Origin: Thermoplasmata archaeon
Lineage (GTDB): Archaea; Thermoplasmatota; Thermoplasmata; Lutacidiplasmatales; UBA184
Length of the DNA stretch: 56,363 nt
Direction of reading: 5' to 3'
NCBI GenBank assembly: GCA_035297125.1
Contig: DATGZQ010000023.1
Span: 1-56,363 of the forward strand
Shown here: piece by piece, positions 28,017-37,052 of the stretch
Numbering within the stretch: the stretch's first letter is position 1
How the letters are laid out: each line of letters opens with the position of its first letter
Translations under genes and position numbers: made by a program
Notes under the pieces: model-generated
What the model saw: the letters and a program-made list of their open reading frames with translations, nothing else
Databases searched by the model: none
What the model was told of the DNA's origin: nothing

Positions 28017-28071
28017 GCGAGCCGGGCGTTCCGTTCCGCCGGGTTAAGTACCGTATGCCCGTCGTCCGACC

Positions 28072-28956
28072 GTGACGGCGGCACGCGCGGAGGACCGGGT
28101 CCGAGGATTCCGTTTCCGCCGTCTCGAGAAGCCCGAGGAGTTCCGCCATGCCGAGGAGCTCCAGCGGGGCGCGCCGGACGCGGAATCCGCGGCGGCCGTC
28201 CCGGCCAGCCTCCAGCGGGCGCTCCAGGACAACGGCGGGTTGGCCGTGGGGGCGTTCGCCGACATCTACCTCGCCGGATGCTCCGTTTCGACCGTGGGGT
28301 GGGACGGGGCGGCGCTCTACTACTACTCGCACGCGACGGTGGTCCGGCCGGAGTACCAGAACCACCACGTCGGTTTCCGTCTGATGGCCTTCCAGCGGGA
28401 CGAGGTGCTCCGACTGGGGCTGGCCGAGATCCGGTGGGTGTACGACCCGCTCGTGTCCCGCGCGGCATGGCTCTCCGTCCGACGCCTGGGGGCCCTGCCG
28501 GATCGCTATCTCTCGCACTACTACGGCCGGCCTCAGGACGAGGCAAGCCGCGGACTCGAGACCGACCGGGTTCGGGTCCGCTGGGCGATCGCCAGCCCGA
28601 CCGTTGAACGACGGCTCTCGGGTGTCGCACCGACCCGGGAGGAAGACCTCGCGCGATGGACGTCCTCCTCGGCGATCGTGGAGACGGAAGCCGGGGAGAA
28701 CGGCCTCCGCCAGCCCACGGCGGTCGCCGAACCCAGCGGCGCGAGCGCCCACCTCGAGATCCCGTTCGACCTGGCGACCATCCGGGAGCACGAGGCAGTG
28801 TCGCTTCGCCGCTGGCGCCACGCCGTCAGGGACGCCTTCCGGGCGGCTCTTGACACCGGTTACGCGGTCGACGATTTCGTGGTGATCAACGCGGAGCACG
28901 AGCGTCGCAGCTTCTACCTGCTCTCGAAGGCCCCCGCCGAACCCCCCACCGCCTGA
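28072..28956 (+). CDS. GNAT-superfamily acyltransferase (COG3375-like)
   Basis: NGGLAVGAF, YSHATVVRPEYQNHHVGFRLMAFQR, IRWVYDPL, NAWL-like RAAWL...LGA, ETDRVRVRW, WRHAVRDAF. Confidence 0.8.
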   Translation: MTAARAEDRVRGFRFRRLEKPEEFRHAEELQRGAPDAESAAAVPASLQRALQDNGGLAVGAFADIYLAGCSVSTVGWDGAALYYYSHATVVRPEYQNHHVGFRLMAFQRDEVLRLGLAEIRWVYDPLVSRAAWLSVRRLGALPDRYLSHYYGRPQDEASRGLETDRVRVRWAIASPTVERRLSGVAPTREEDLARWTSSSAIVETEAGENGLRQPTAVAEPSGASAHLEIPFDLATIREHEAVSLRRWRHAVRDAFRAALDTGYAVDDFVVINAEHERRSFYLLSKAPAEPPTA

Positions 28957-29018
28957 AAGACGGGGCGGGGCCGTCCCCGGAAGGGATTATGCGTCAACTC
29001 GACCCTAGTCCCTGACGG

Positions 29019-29912
29019 ATGGCATTGGGTTCCCGGGCCCACCCCGCATTGCTCGCGCTCGTCGGCGTCGCCCTCGCTGCGGGGGCCGGTGCCGCGCTGC
29101 TGACCGGCGTGACTCCCCAGCCTGCCCCTACCGCCGGACCGGCGCCCGTCGTGCTGCCCAACTGGGTCTGGGGGATCCTCTTTCTCTCGCCACTGGTCGT
29201 CGGGTTCGTCGGGTTCATCCTCCAGCGGGGTCGTTCCGAGAACAAGAAGCGGAACGCGCTGGGCATCCTCGGTCCCGCTGCGGGGGTCTTCCTGTTCCTG
29301 CTCCTCTTCATCCTGGCGAGCCACTACATCGGAAGCGGGGGGTGCTTCGTCTACTGTTACGGTTCGACCACCACGGCGGCCAACAACACGACCGTGGGCC
29401 ACAACAACTCCACGCCGCCACCCCCCGGCACGACGTCGGTGGCGCCGCCCCTCAGTCTATCGAACGTTCTTCCTATCTTCATCGTGATCGCCGTGGCTTT
29501 CGTCGCGGCCGCGGTGGCCATACCGGTCCTCCTCTCCCGGTCCGCCCGCCGGAGAGGGGAAGGCGTGCTGGAGATCGACCGAGCGCGCGACGCCCGCGCG
29601 GCCCTCTCCGCGGCCGTTTCCGAGCTGGACGAAGGACGGGACCCGCGACGGGTGATCGTGCGGCTCTACGACCGTCTCCTTTCGCGGGTTAGCCCGCTCG
29701 GGGTCGGGGTGGAGTTCTCGACGGCCGAGGAGATCCGGGCCAACCAGCTCCTTCCGTTGGGAGTTCGGCGGCCGGCGGCGGACACGCTGACGCGGCTCTT
29801 CGAGGAGGCTCGGTACTCGACCCATCCGATGGGCGCCGACGCGGTCGGTCTGGCGCGCGACGCGATCCGTGCAGCGGAGGCCGACCTGACCCGGTTCGAG
29901 GCCGCGCCGTGA
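29019..29912 (+). CDS. DUF4129 domain membrane protein
   Basis: N-terminal TMs; C-terminal PRRVIVRLYDRL...TAEEI...LTRLFEEARYSTHP. Confidence 0.8.
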   Translation: MALGSRAHPALLALVGVALAAGAGAALLTGVTPQPAPTAGPAPVVLPNWVWGILFLSPLVVGFVGFILQRGRSENKKRNALGILGPAAGVFLFLLLFILASHYIGSGGCFVYCYGSTTTAANNTTVGHNNSTPPPPGTTSVAPPLSLSNVLPIFIVIAVAFVAAAVAIPVLLSRSARRRGEGVLEIDRARDARAALSAAVSELDEGRDPRRVIVRLYDRLLSRVSPLGVGVEFSTAEEIRANQLLPLGVRRPAADTLTRLFEEARYSTHPMGADAVGLARDAIRAAEADLTRFEAAP

Positions 29913-30313
29913 ACCTGCCGTTCCACTGGGGACTGATCGTACTCGCCGTGGCGGCGACCGCGGGTTCGATCTTCGCGCGAACCGAGCTCACGGCGTCGGT
30001 ACCGCTGGCGGCGATGGCCGTGGTCGCCGCGGGGCTGGCGCTCTGGGACGGCGTCCGCCAGGCGCCGCATGCGGCGCCGACCCGCCTAGCCGCACCCGAG
30101 GTCTCCGCAGGGGATGTCCGGTTGCTCTTCCGGGAGGGGCGGATCGGCAGGGAGGGGATCCTCTTCCGGCTGGACGCCCTCGAACGAAGGACCCTACGCC
30201 CCGACCTTCCCGTTCGGCCTCCCGCCGAGATCCGGGCCTTCTCGAACCTGCCCGATGTCGAGTTCCGCCGGCGGGTCGCCTCCCGGCTCGACGGGCTCGA
30301 GAAGGCGCCGTGA
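29909..30313 (+). CDS. Hypothetical membrane protein in the MoxR module
   Basis: Two TMs plus a soluble tail; GTGA overlaps on both sides. Confidence 0.7.
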   Translation: MNLPFHWGLIVLAVAATAGSIFARTELTASVPLAAMAVVAAGLALWDGVRQAPHAAPTRLAAPEVSAGDVRLLFREGRIGREGILFRLDALERRTLRPDLPVRPPAEIRAFSNLPDVEFRRRVASRLDGLEKAP

Positions 30314-31605
30314 GCTCACGTTCCGCTCCCGTATCCGAGATCCGCTGGACAGCGCGGACGGTTCTGCTCCTCGTCGCCGGGGTCGTCCTCATCCTCTTCG
30401 CGGTGACGACGCGCAACCCGGTGCCCGTGTTCGTTGGCCTGCCGTTCCTCGTGGCCCCGGTCGCCGCGGCGATGACCGGACCCGGAGCGCCGCTTCGAGC
30501 CTCGCTGTCGTGGCATTCCGAGGGGTCGGAGACCGAGGTCCGAGTCCGGGGGACCCTCCGGGCGGAGCCGGTGGGCCGAACGCCGGACCTTCATCTCGTG
30601 GTCGAACGGCCGGGCGATCTCGACGGCCCGCTCGAGCCGGAGATCCAGTGCGGTCCCGAAGGGGCCGACTTCACGTTCGAGTGGAACGCGCCCCGGCCCA
30701 CGGTCTCCGTGATCCCGTCCCCTCTGGTTGTCTGGCAGGACCCGACGGGGCTTGTCCAGCGGGTGGCGGAGGGGGATCGCCCCGAGCTCGTGGTCGAACG
30801 ATCGCCGCCGGACCTTCTACGTCTCGGGTCGGTTCGGCTGGAACGGACCCTGCCGCTTCCGGGCGAAACACGGTCGCGGCGGATCGGGACGAGCGGAGAG
30901 TTCTTCGGGATACGAGAAGCCCAACCGTCCGACCCGCCCCGACTCATCAACTGGGTCGCGACCGCCCGGGCGGGCCGCCCGCTCGCGAACGAGTTCGAAC
31001 TCGACCGGACGGGGGACGTCCTCGTTCTGCTCGATACCCGTCCGACTCCCCTCGGTCCGACGGTCGACGCTCGGCTCCTCGGAGTCTCTCGGGCCGCGGC
31101 GATCGGGATCGCCGACGCGTTCCTGCGGGAGAAGGACCGGGTTGGGTACGCGGCGTTCGGCGAGTTCGTGGACGCCGTCCCGCTCTCGAGCGGACGTCAT
31201 CAGCGGGCCCGGATCCAGCAGGCGGTCCTGAACACCCGGGGGGCGTCGGTCGCGGGCGTGCCCGAGCGGTGTCCGATCACCCTCGGGCGCTACTACCCGC
31301 CAGGGATCACGGTGATCCTCCTCTCCAGCCTTGTCGGGGAGTCCGCGACCGACCTCGTCCCGCACCTACGCCGCCGGGCGTACCCGGTCGTCGTCCTCAG
31401 CCCGTCGCCGCTCGCGGTCCGCTCGGCCTCGTTCCGGATGGACCCGATCGACGAGGCGCTGGCGGCGCGACTCGAGCACCTCGAGCGCGAGAACCTGCTC
31501 GCCGAGACGTGGGTCCATGCGCCGGTCGTCGACTGGGATGACTTCTGGTCGCTCGCGAACCTGGTGCGATTTCTGCGACAGCCGCAGCGTCGGAGGGCCG
31601 GGTGA
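30310..31605 (+). CDS. DUF58 domain protein
   Basis: GTSGEFFGIREAQPSDPPRLINWVATAR, NEFELDR, LLDTR, LREKDRVG. Confidence 0.88.
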   Translation: MSSRSAPVSEIRWTARTVLLLVAGVVLILFAVTTRNPVPVFVGLPFLVAPVAAAMTGPGAPLRASLSWHSEGSETEVRVRGTLRAEPVGRTPDLHLVVERPGDLDGPLEPEIQCGPEGADFTFEWNAPRPTVSVIPSPLVVWQDPTGLVQRVAEGDRPELVVERSPPDLLRLGSVRLERTLPLPGETRSRRIGTSGEFFGIREAQPSDPPRLINWVATARAGRPLANEFELDRTGDVLVLLDTRPTPLGPTVDARLLGVSRAAAIGIADAFLREKDRVGYAAFGEFVDAVPLSSGRHQRARIQQAVLNTRGASVAGVPERCPITLGRYYPPGITVILLSSLVGESATDLVPHLRRRAYPVVVLSPSPLAVRSASFRMDPIDEALAARLEHLERENLLAETWVHAPVVDWDDFWSLANLVRFLRQPQRRRAG

Positions 31606-32132
31606 CCGCCGCCGAGCCCCGCCCGCCGGTCCGGGGGTCCTACGGGATCCTCCCCGGAGTGGTCCTCGCAGGAGCGCTCGCCCTGTTCGCGACGGGGACC
31701 CCGATCCCCTGGTACCTCGATCTCGCGGTCGCGGTCGGGGTCGTCGCCGTGGCCACCGGAGTTCGGGCCAGAGCGCCGGAACCGTACCGGTCCTTCGCGG
31801 TCGCGCCCGTACTGGTCGCCCTGGTGCTCCTGGCCGCCGTTTCCGTCGCCGACCCGATTCCCGAGCTGTTCGGCGCCGTGGCGAGCCTCGGGGTCCTGCT
31901 GTGGCTCACGGCCGATCCCCGCGAGTCTCCCGGCGGGGTCGGGCGGGCGGGGATGTCCCTGCTCCTGGTCGCGTTCGTCGTCGTGATTGCATGGGCGAGC
32001 GCCATCGCCCTTCCGTCGCGGAACTCCGTCGTGGGGCTCGCCGGCGGCCTTCTGGTGCTCTCCCTCGTTGTGCTCGCGGTCTTCATCGGCCGACCGGAGT
32101 TCCTCGACCGAGGCCGCTCCGCAAACCCTTAG
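31602..32132 (+). CDS. Hypothetical membrane protein (about 6 TM)
   Basis: Strongly hydrophobic; GTGA-coupled to DUF58. Confidence 0.72.
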   Translation: MTAAEPRPPVRGSYGILPGVVLAGALALFATGTPIPWYLDLAVAVGVVAVATGVRARAPEPYRSFAVAPVLVALVLLAAVSVADPIPELFGAVASLGVLLWLTADPRESPGGVGRAGMSLLLVAFVVVIAWASAIALPSRNSVVGLAGGLLVLSLVVLAVFIGRPEFLDRGRSANP

Positions 32133-32397
32133 GACAGCGGCGGAGTACCGCCCTCGCCGCGGCCAAGCGCCGCGCCCGGGTATCGACGAAGGGTCCCTCT
32201 CGACTCAATGCGGACGGGTCGTCCGCCGAGAATGACGCGAGGACAACCCCGATGCCCGACATCCCCGACCGGGGTCAGACCGCTGAGAGGGCAGATGCCT
32301 ACGGTGACGCGGATCGTTACGGTCGGGGTACAGCCTCCTTCCGGCCGTGGGAGGGCCGACTTTATACCGGAACGCCTCCGGTCTCGGGGAGCGGACG

Positions 32398-33348
32398 ATG
32401 GAGGCACCCGAGGCACGCGCCCTCGCCGAACGCATCCGGACCGCGATCCACGTCGCGGTCGTCGGCCGTGTCCAGGCGGTCGAAACGATCCTCACGGGAC
32501 TGATCGCGGACGGTCACGTGCTCATTGAGGACCTTCCCGGCCTCGGGAAGACGCTGATGGCGAAGTCGTTCGCGCAGGCGCTCGGCCTCGAGTTCCAGCG
32601 GGTGCAATTCACCGCCGACCTCCTTCCGCACGACATCACTGGCGGCGAGATCCTCGATCAAGCGAAGGGCGGGTTCCAGTTCCGTAAAGGCCCGCTGTTC
32701 ACGAACATCCTTCTCGCGGACGAGATCAACCGCGCCCCTCCGAAGGTGCAGTCGGCCCTCCTCGAGGCGATGCAGGAGCACCAGGTGACGAGCGAGAGGA
32801 CCACGTACCCGCTGCCTACGCCGTTCCTGGTGATCGCGACCGAGAACCCGATCGAGCTCGAGGGGACGTACCCGCTCCCCGAGGCCCAGGTGGACCGGTT
32901 CCTCCTCCGGTTCAAGGTCGGCTACCCCGACGTCGAGGAGGAACGGACGATCCTCACGCGGCGACGCGCCCGCAAGGAGGACAATGTGACCGTCCCCCGG
33001 GTGGCGGACGTCGCCTCGTTCCGGGCGCTCCAGATGGCCGTGGAGGCGGTGGAGATCGACCCGTCGGTCGTCGGGTACATCGTCGACCTGGTACGGGCGA
33101 CCCGGGACGACCCGCGCGTCGAGGTCGGGTCGTCCCCGCGGGGCGCCCTCGCCCTGCAGAAGGTCGCCCGGGCCCGGGCGCTGCTCAGCGGCCGCGACTA
33201 CGTCTTGCCCGATGACGTCAAGCTGTTCGTCGAGCCCGCGCTCTCGCACCGGGTGATCGTGAAGGCCGAGCCGTGGATCCGCGGGGTCCGCGGCGAGGCG
33301 ATCGCCCGCTCCGCGCTCGAGCGGACCCCGGTCCCGAAGACCCGCTGA
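32398..33348 (+). CDS. moxR: MoxR family AAA+ ATPase
   Basis: EDLPGLGKT, RVQFTADLLPHDITG, LLADEINRAPPKVQSALLEAMQE, TENPIELEGTYPLPEAQVDRF, SPRG. Confidence 0.95.
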   Translation: MEAPEARALAERIRTAIHVAVVGRVQAVETILTGLIADGHVLIEDLPGLGKTLMAKSFAQALGLEFQRVQFTADLLPHDITGGEILDQAKGGFQFRKGPLFTNILLADEINRAPPKVQSALLEAMQEHQVTSERTTYPLPTPFLVIATENPIELEGTYPLPEAQVDRFLLRFKVGYPDVEEERTILTRRRARKEDNVTVPRVADVASFRALQMAVEAVEIDPSVVGYIVDLVRATRDDPRVEVGSSPRGALALQKVARARALLSGRDYVLPDDVKLFVEPALSHRVIVKAEPWIRGVRGEAIARSALERTPVPKTR

Positions 33349-33403
33349 AGGGCCGGGTCGGCGAGCCCAAGGGCTTTTTACAGCTCCCTCGCTCGCTCGA
33401 CCG

Positions 33404-34354
33404 ATGGCGCCGAAACCTCTCGTCGTCATCGCCGACCCGATCGACGCGACTGCCCTCGAGACGTTGCGTTCGGGGCCCTGCCGCGTCCTGGACGCGAGCG
33501 GAGCGCCCGCGGATCTCTCTCGCCACCTCGGGGAGGCATGGGGGCTCATCGTCCGCAGCCGCACGAAGGTGACCGCAGACCTGATCTCGAAGGCGCCTCA
33601 CCTGACGTTGGTCGCCCGCGCGGGCGTGGGCGTGGACAACATCGACCTCACGGCGACCGGGGCGCGCGGGATACGGGTCGTGAACGCCCCGGGCGCAGCC
33701 GCGACGAGCGTCGCCGAGCTGACGGTCGCGCTCTATCTACTACTCGTCCGCGGACTCTGGCCGTCCATCACCGCCACGCGGGCCGGCCGCTGGGAACGCG
33801 GGGCGCACGGCCACGAGCTCTCGGGCCGGACGGTGGGGTTCGTGGGCTACGGCCGCATCGCGCGCGAGGTCGCCCGCCGCATCGCCCCGTTCGGGGCGCG
33901 GGCGATCGCCTACGACCCGTTCGTCACCCGGGCCACGGACTCGACCGAGCTCGTGGGCCTCGACTCCCTGCTCGGGTCCTCGGATATCGTCAGTCTCCAC
34001 GCTGCGCTGACGGCGGAGAACCGCCATCTCCTGGACGCCCGCGCCTTCGAACGCATGCGCCCGGGCACCTTCCTGGTCAACGTCGCACGGGGAGCGCTCG
34101 TGGACGAGATCGCTCTGCTCGCCGCCCTCCGCTCCGGTCGCCTAGCCGGCGCCGCGCTCGACGTCTTCGAGGTGGAGCCGCCCACGAACCGCGAGCTGCT
34201 CGACGACCCGCGGGTCATCCCCACCCCTCACATCGGCGCCCTTACCGAGGAGGGGCAGCGCCGTGCCGGGACCGAGATCGTGAACGAGGTGCTGCGGGCC
34301 CTGAAGGGCGAGCCGCTCGCCTCCCTCGTGGCGCCGGCCGGAGGGGCCCGATGA
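33404..34354 (+). CDS. serA: D-3-phosphoglycerate dehydrogenase-like 2-hydroxyacid dehydrogenase (no ACT domain)
   Basis: IVRSRTKV, RAGVGVDNID, GYGRIAREV, NVARGALVD, LDVFEVEPP, TPHIGALT. Confidence 0.85.
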   Translation: MAPKPLVVIADPIDATALETLRSGPCRVLDASGAPADLSRHLGEAWGLIVRSRTKVTADLISKAPHLTLVARAGVGVDNIDLTATGARGIRVVNAPGAAATSVAELTVALYLLLVRGLWPSITATRAGRWERGAHGHELSGRTVGFVGYGRIAREVARRIAPFGARAIAYDPFVTRATDSTELVGLDSLLGSSDIVSLHAALTAENRHLLDARAFERMRPGTFLVNVARGALVDEIALLAALRSGRLAGAALDVFEVEPPTNRELLDDPRVIPTPHIGALTEEGQRRAGTEIVNEVLRALKGEPLASLVAPAGGAR

Positions 34355-35487
34355 CGTTCGACCCGGAGACCACAACGTTCCTGATCGCCGGGCCGGTCCG
34401 GATCCATCCCCGGGTCCTCCGCGCGATGTCGATGCCGTCGCTCAACCACCGGGGCGACTACTTCCACGGGGTCGTGCAGGAGATCCGCGAGCTCCTGCCG
34501 GTCCTCTTCGGCGTCAAGGGGCGCCAGGTGATCCTTTCCGGCAGCGGGACCGCCGGCCTCGAGGCCGTCTATTCGTCCCTCGTCCCAGCCGAAGGGCGCA
34601 CCCTCGTCGTCTCCAACGGATACTTCGGGCAGCGGACGGACGCGCTGGTCCGCCGCGCGTCGACTCACGTGACGACGCTCACCGCCCCGTGGGGCAAGCC
34701 CCTGCCCACGGAGGCTGTCCTGGCCGAGCTCGCGAAGGGAGACGTCCGCGCGGTCTGCGCGGTACATAACGAGACCAGCGCCGGGCTCGCGAACGACCTC
34801 GCCTCCATCGCGCCCGCCGTCCGGGCCTCGGGGGCCCTGTTCCTCGTGGACGGGATCAGCGCGGTCGCGGGGATCCCGGTTCCGATCGACGAGTGGGGTA
34901 TCGATGCCCTGGTCGCGGGGACCCAGAAGGGCCTCGCCGCCCCGGCAGGGCTCTCGCTGGTCCACCTCTCGGACCGGGCGGTCGCGGCCCTGAAGCCCCG
35001 GTCGTTCTACCTCGACCTCGTCGTGCACTTGAAGTCGATCGAGAAGAACGATACTCCGTGGACGCCGGCCGTGCCGCTCTTCCTCGCGCTCCGCGAGGCG
35101 CTCCTGATTCTCAAGGAGGAAGGGCTTGACCACCGTCTGGAGCGGACCCACCGGCTGGCAGAGGCGACCCGGGCGGCCGCCGACGCCATCGGGCTGGAGT
35201 TGTTCCCCGAGCGCCGGTACGCCTCGGACACCGTGACCGCCCTTCGGAACCCGCCGGGGATGGGCGACCCGGAGGTCCGCAAGGTGCTCGAGAAGACGTA
35301 CAACGTGCTCGTACAGGGTGGCCAAGAAGCGCTCGTCGGGAAGATCTTCCGGATCGGGCACATGGGGATCGCGGACTGGCCGGACCTGCTCGCCGTCTTC
35401 GCGGGCCTCGAGCGGATCCTCGCGAAAGCCGGGCGCCTCCCGTCCTCGGGCGCGTCCCTGCGCGCGATCGTAGAGCGGATGCCGTAG
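34351..35487 (+). CDS. Class V PLP aminotransferase (serine-pyruvate / archaeal phosphoserine aminotransferase-like)
   Basis: IAGPV, SGSGTAGLEA, VHNETSAG, VDGISA, GTQKGLAAPAG (PLP Lys), FRIGHMG; ATGA overlap with serA. Confidence 0.9.
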   Translation: MTFDPETTTFLIAGPVRIHPRVLRAMSMPSLNHRGDYFHGVVQEIRELLPVLFGVKGRQVILSGSGTAGLEAVYSSLVPAEGRTLVVSNGYFGQRTDALVRRASTHVTTLTAPWGKPLPTEAVLAELAKGDVRAVCAVHNETSAGLANDLASIAPAVRASGALFLVDGISAVAGIPVPIDEWGIDALVAGTQKGLAAPAGLSLVHLSDRAVAALKPRSFYLDLVVHLKSIEKNDTPWTPAVPLFLALREALLILKEEGLDHRLERTHRLAEATRAAADAIGLELFPERRYASDTVTALRNPPGMGDPEVRKVLEKTYNVLVQGGQEALVGKIFRIGHMGIADWPDLLAVFAGLERILAKAGRLPSSGASLRAIVERMP

Positions 35488-35497
35488 GTCCCGTCGA

Positions 35498-35956
35498 CTA
35501 GATGTCGACGATCACCCGGGCGCGCCCCCGGGCCGGGTCGAACACGAGCCGGTGCATCGTGATCGCCTTCACCTCGGTGCGGGCGACGTGCCGCGCCGGG
35601 TCGAACGGCTCGCCCCGCACCCGGGCGGTGACCCGCGTCGGAGCGCTTCCTGAGAGCTTGGCCCGGATCGACCGGCCGACGAACCCGTCGTCCTCCTCTA
35701 ACAGGAGCAGCTCTCCCAGGAACGCGACCACGAGGGCCTGGGCGTCGTCGCCCGAGGCCGTCACCGTGCGTTCCACGGCCGGCTTTACGCCGCGCAGGTC
35801 GGCCGTGAGCCCGTACAGCGCAAGGCCGAGCTCTTCGAGCAGGGATGCGGCTGTCGGGCCGGTCGCCCAGATGCCGACGTCCGCGGTCGTCGGGAAGCTC
35901 CCGTGACGACGTGAACGCCCTCGGACGGGCCGGCGGGTGGGTCCTGAGGAAGTCGT
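35498..35956 (-). CDS. Archease (RtcB activator); no canonical start codon
   Basis: TTADVGIWATG, FLGELLLL, RGEPFDPARH, EVKAITMH, terminal VIVDI. Best start candidate is ACG 35956. Confidence 0.85.
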   Translation of the reverse strand, partial: TTSSGPTRRPVRGRSRRHGSFPTTADVGIWATGPTAASLLEELGLALYGLTADLRGVKPAVERTVTASGDDAQALVVAFLGELLLLEEDDGFVGRSIRAKLSGSAPTRVTARVRGEPFDPARHVARTEVKAITMHRLVFDPARGRARVIVDI

Positions 35957-35980
35957 AGGGCCTCTGAGCCCCCGGAGGGG

Positions 35981-35986
35981 TTTAAG
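35981..35986. promoter_or_regulatory. Shared (bidirectional) TATA box for the archease and GT2 genes
   Basis: TTTAAG (+) lies 28 nt before the GT2 ATG; CTTAAA (-) lies 25 nt before the archease ACG. Confidence 0.65.
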
Positions 35987-36013
35987 TGGTCCTCGGCTCC
36001 GTTCCGACCGGCC

Positions 36014-36805
36014 ATGCGCGCGACGCTCGTCGTTCCGACCCTCAACGAGTCCGCCTCGATCGGGCAGGTGATCCGGGTCTTTCGGATGTCCGCCGACGAG
36101 GCGAACCGCACGATCTTCCGGGCCGACCCCCTCGAGTGGGAGATCCTGGTCGTGGACGGCGCGTCGACCGATGGGACGGGGGCGCTCGCGGCGGCCGAGG
36201 GTGCCCGGGTCATCGTGGAACGCCGGCGGGGCTACGGCCGAGCGTACAAGACCGGCTTCGCCGAGGCGAAGGGGGAGGTGATCGCGACCTCGGACGGCGA
36301 CGCGACGTACCCGGTCGCGACCGTTCCGGCGTTCGTCCGCCGCCTCCTGGACGAGAAGATCGATTTCATCACCGGCGATCGGATCGCCGGGGTCACCCGG
36401 CGGTCGATGACCACGGAGCACCGCATCGGAAACTGGGTGCTGAACCTGATGCTCCGCGTCCTTTACCACCGGTTCCTGAAGCAGCTCCCCGGCGGCACGA
36501 TCGCCGACAGCCAGAGCGGGTTCTGGGTGTTCCGGCGGGAGGTGCTCGACCGGGTCCATCTCTCCCAGGACGGCATGTCGTTCAGCGAGGAACTGAAAGT
36601 CGAGGCAGCCCTTCGGGGCCTCCGCTTCGTCGAGCTGCCGATCGAGTACGGGGAACGATCCGGGCCGCCCAAGCTCCAGAGCTGGCGCGACGGGATCCGG
36701 AACATGCTCTTCCTCCTGGAGAAGCGCCTCGCGGTCGCGAGGGAATCCCGGCAAGGGCCACCGACCCCGTTCAGCCGGGGGCTCGGTCCGGGCCCCGCCC
36801 CCTGA
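36014..36805 (+). CDS. Family 2 glycosyltransferase (dolichol-P-sugar synthase-like)
   Basis: VVPTLNE, VVDGASTDGT, GYGRAYKTG, SDGDATYP, DSQSGFW, PIEYGERSG. Confidence 0.92.
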   Translation: MRATLVVPTLNESASIGQVIRVFRMSADEANRTIFRADPLEWEILVVDGASTDGTGALAAAEGARVIVERRRGYGRAYKTGFAEAKGEVIATSDGDATYPVATVPAFVRRLLDEKIDFITGDRIAGVTRRSMTTEHRIGNWVLNLMLRVLYHRFLKQLPGGTIADSQSGFWVFRREVLDRVHLSQDGMSFSEELKVEAALRGLRFVELPIEYGERSGPPKLQSWRDGIRNMLFLLEKRLAVARESRQGPPTPFSRGLGPGPAP

Positions 36806-36812
36806 TGGGGGC

Positions 36813-36965
36813 CTAGGCCGTCTTCCCCGCGCGCTCGCGGGACTTCACGCGAAGCCCCTTGTATCCGCAGCGCCGGCACTGGACCGCCTTGGGCGGGTTC
36901 CGCGCCGAGCAGTTCATGCAGATCTTCTTGTTGAGCAGCCGGTCGATAGCCTCGGGGAACGGCAT
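36813..36965 (-). CDS. rpl40e: 50S ribosomal protein L40e
   Basis: Not in the track (50 aa): [50 protein letters not shown], a C4 Zn finger; TTTATA box 26 nt upstream. Confidence 0.95.
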   Translation of the reverse strand: MPFPEAIDRLLNKKICMNCSARNPPKAVQCRRCGYKGLRVKSRERAGKTA

Positions 36966-37052
36966 GAGAGGAGCGACGACGGGACCCCGCTATAAAAGGT
37001 CTGATGGCCTGAGGGTCGAAGCGCCTTTGCGCGTGCGGGGCGTTCCTCGTTC

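Noticed and set aside
32261-32330. FMN, TPP or glycine riboswitch resemblance (CCCGACCGG, CTGAGA, GCAGAT)
   Set aside because: Only fragments match; the core conserved motifs and a cognate downstream gene are missing.
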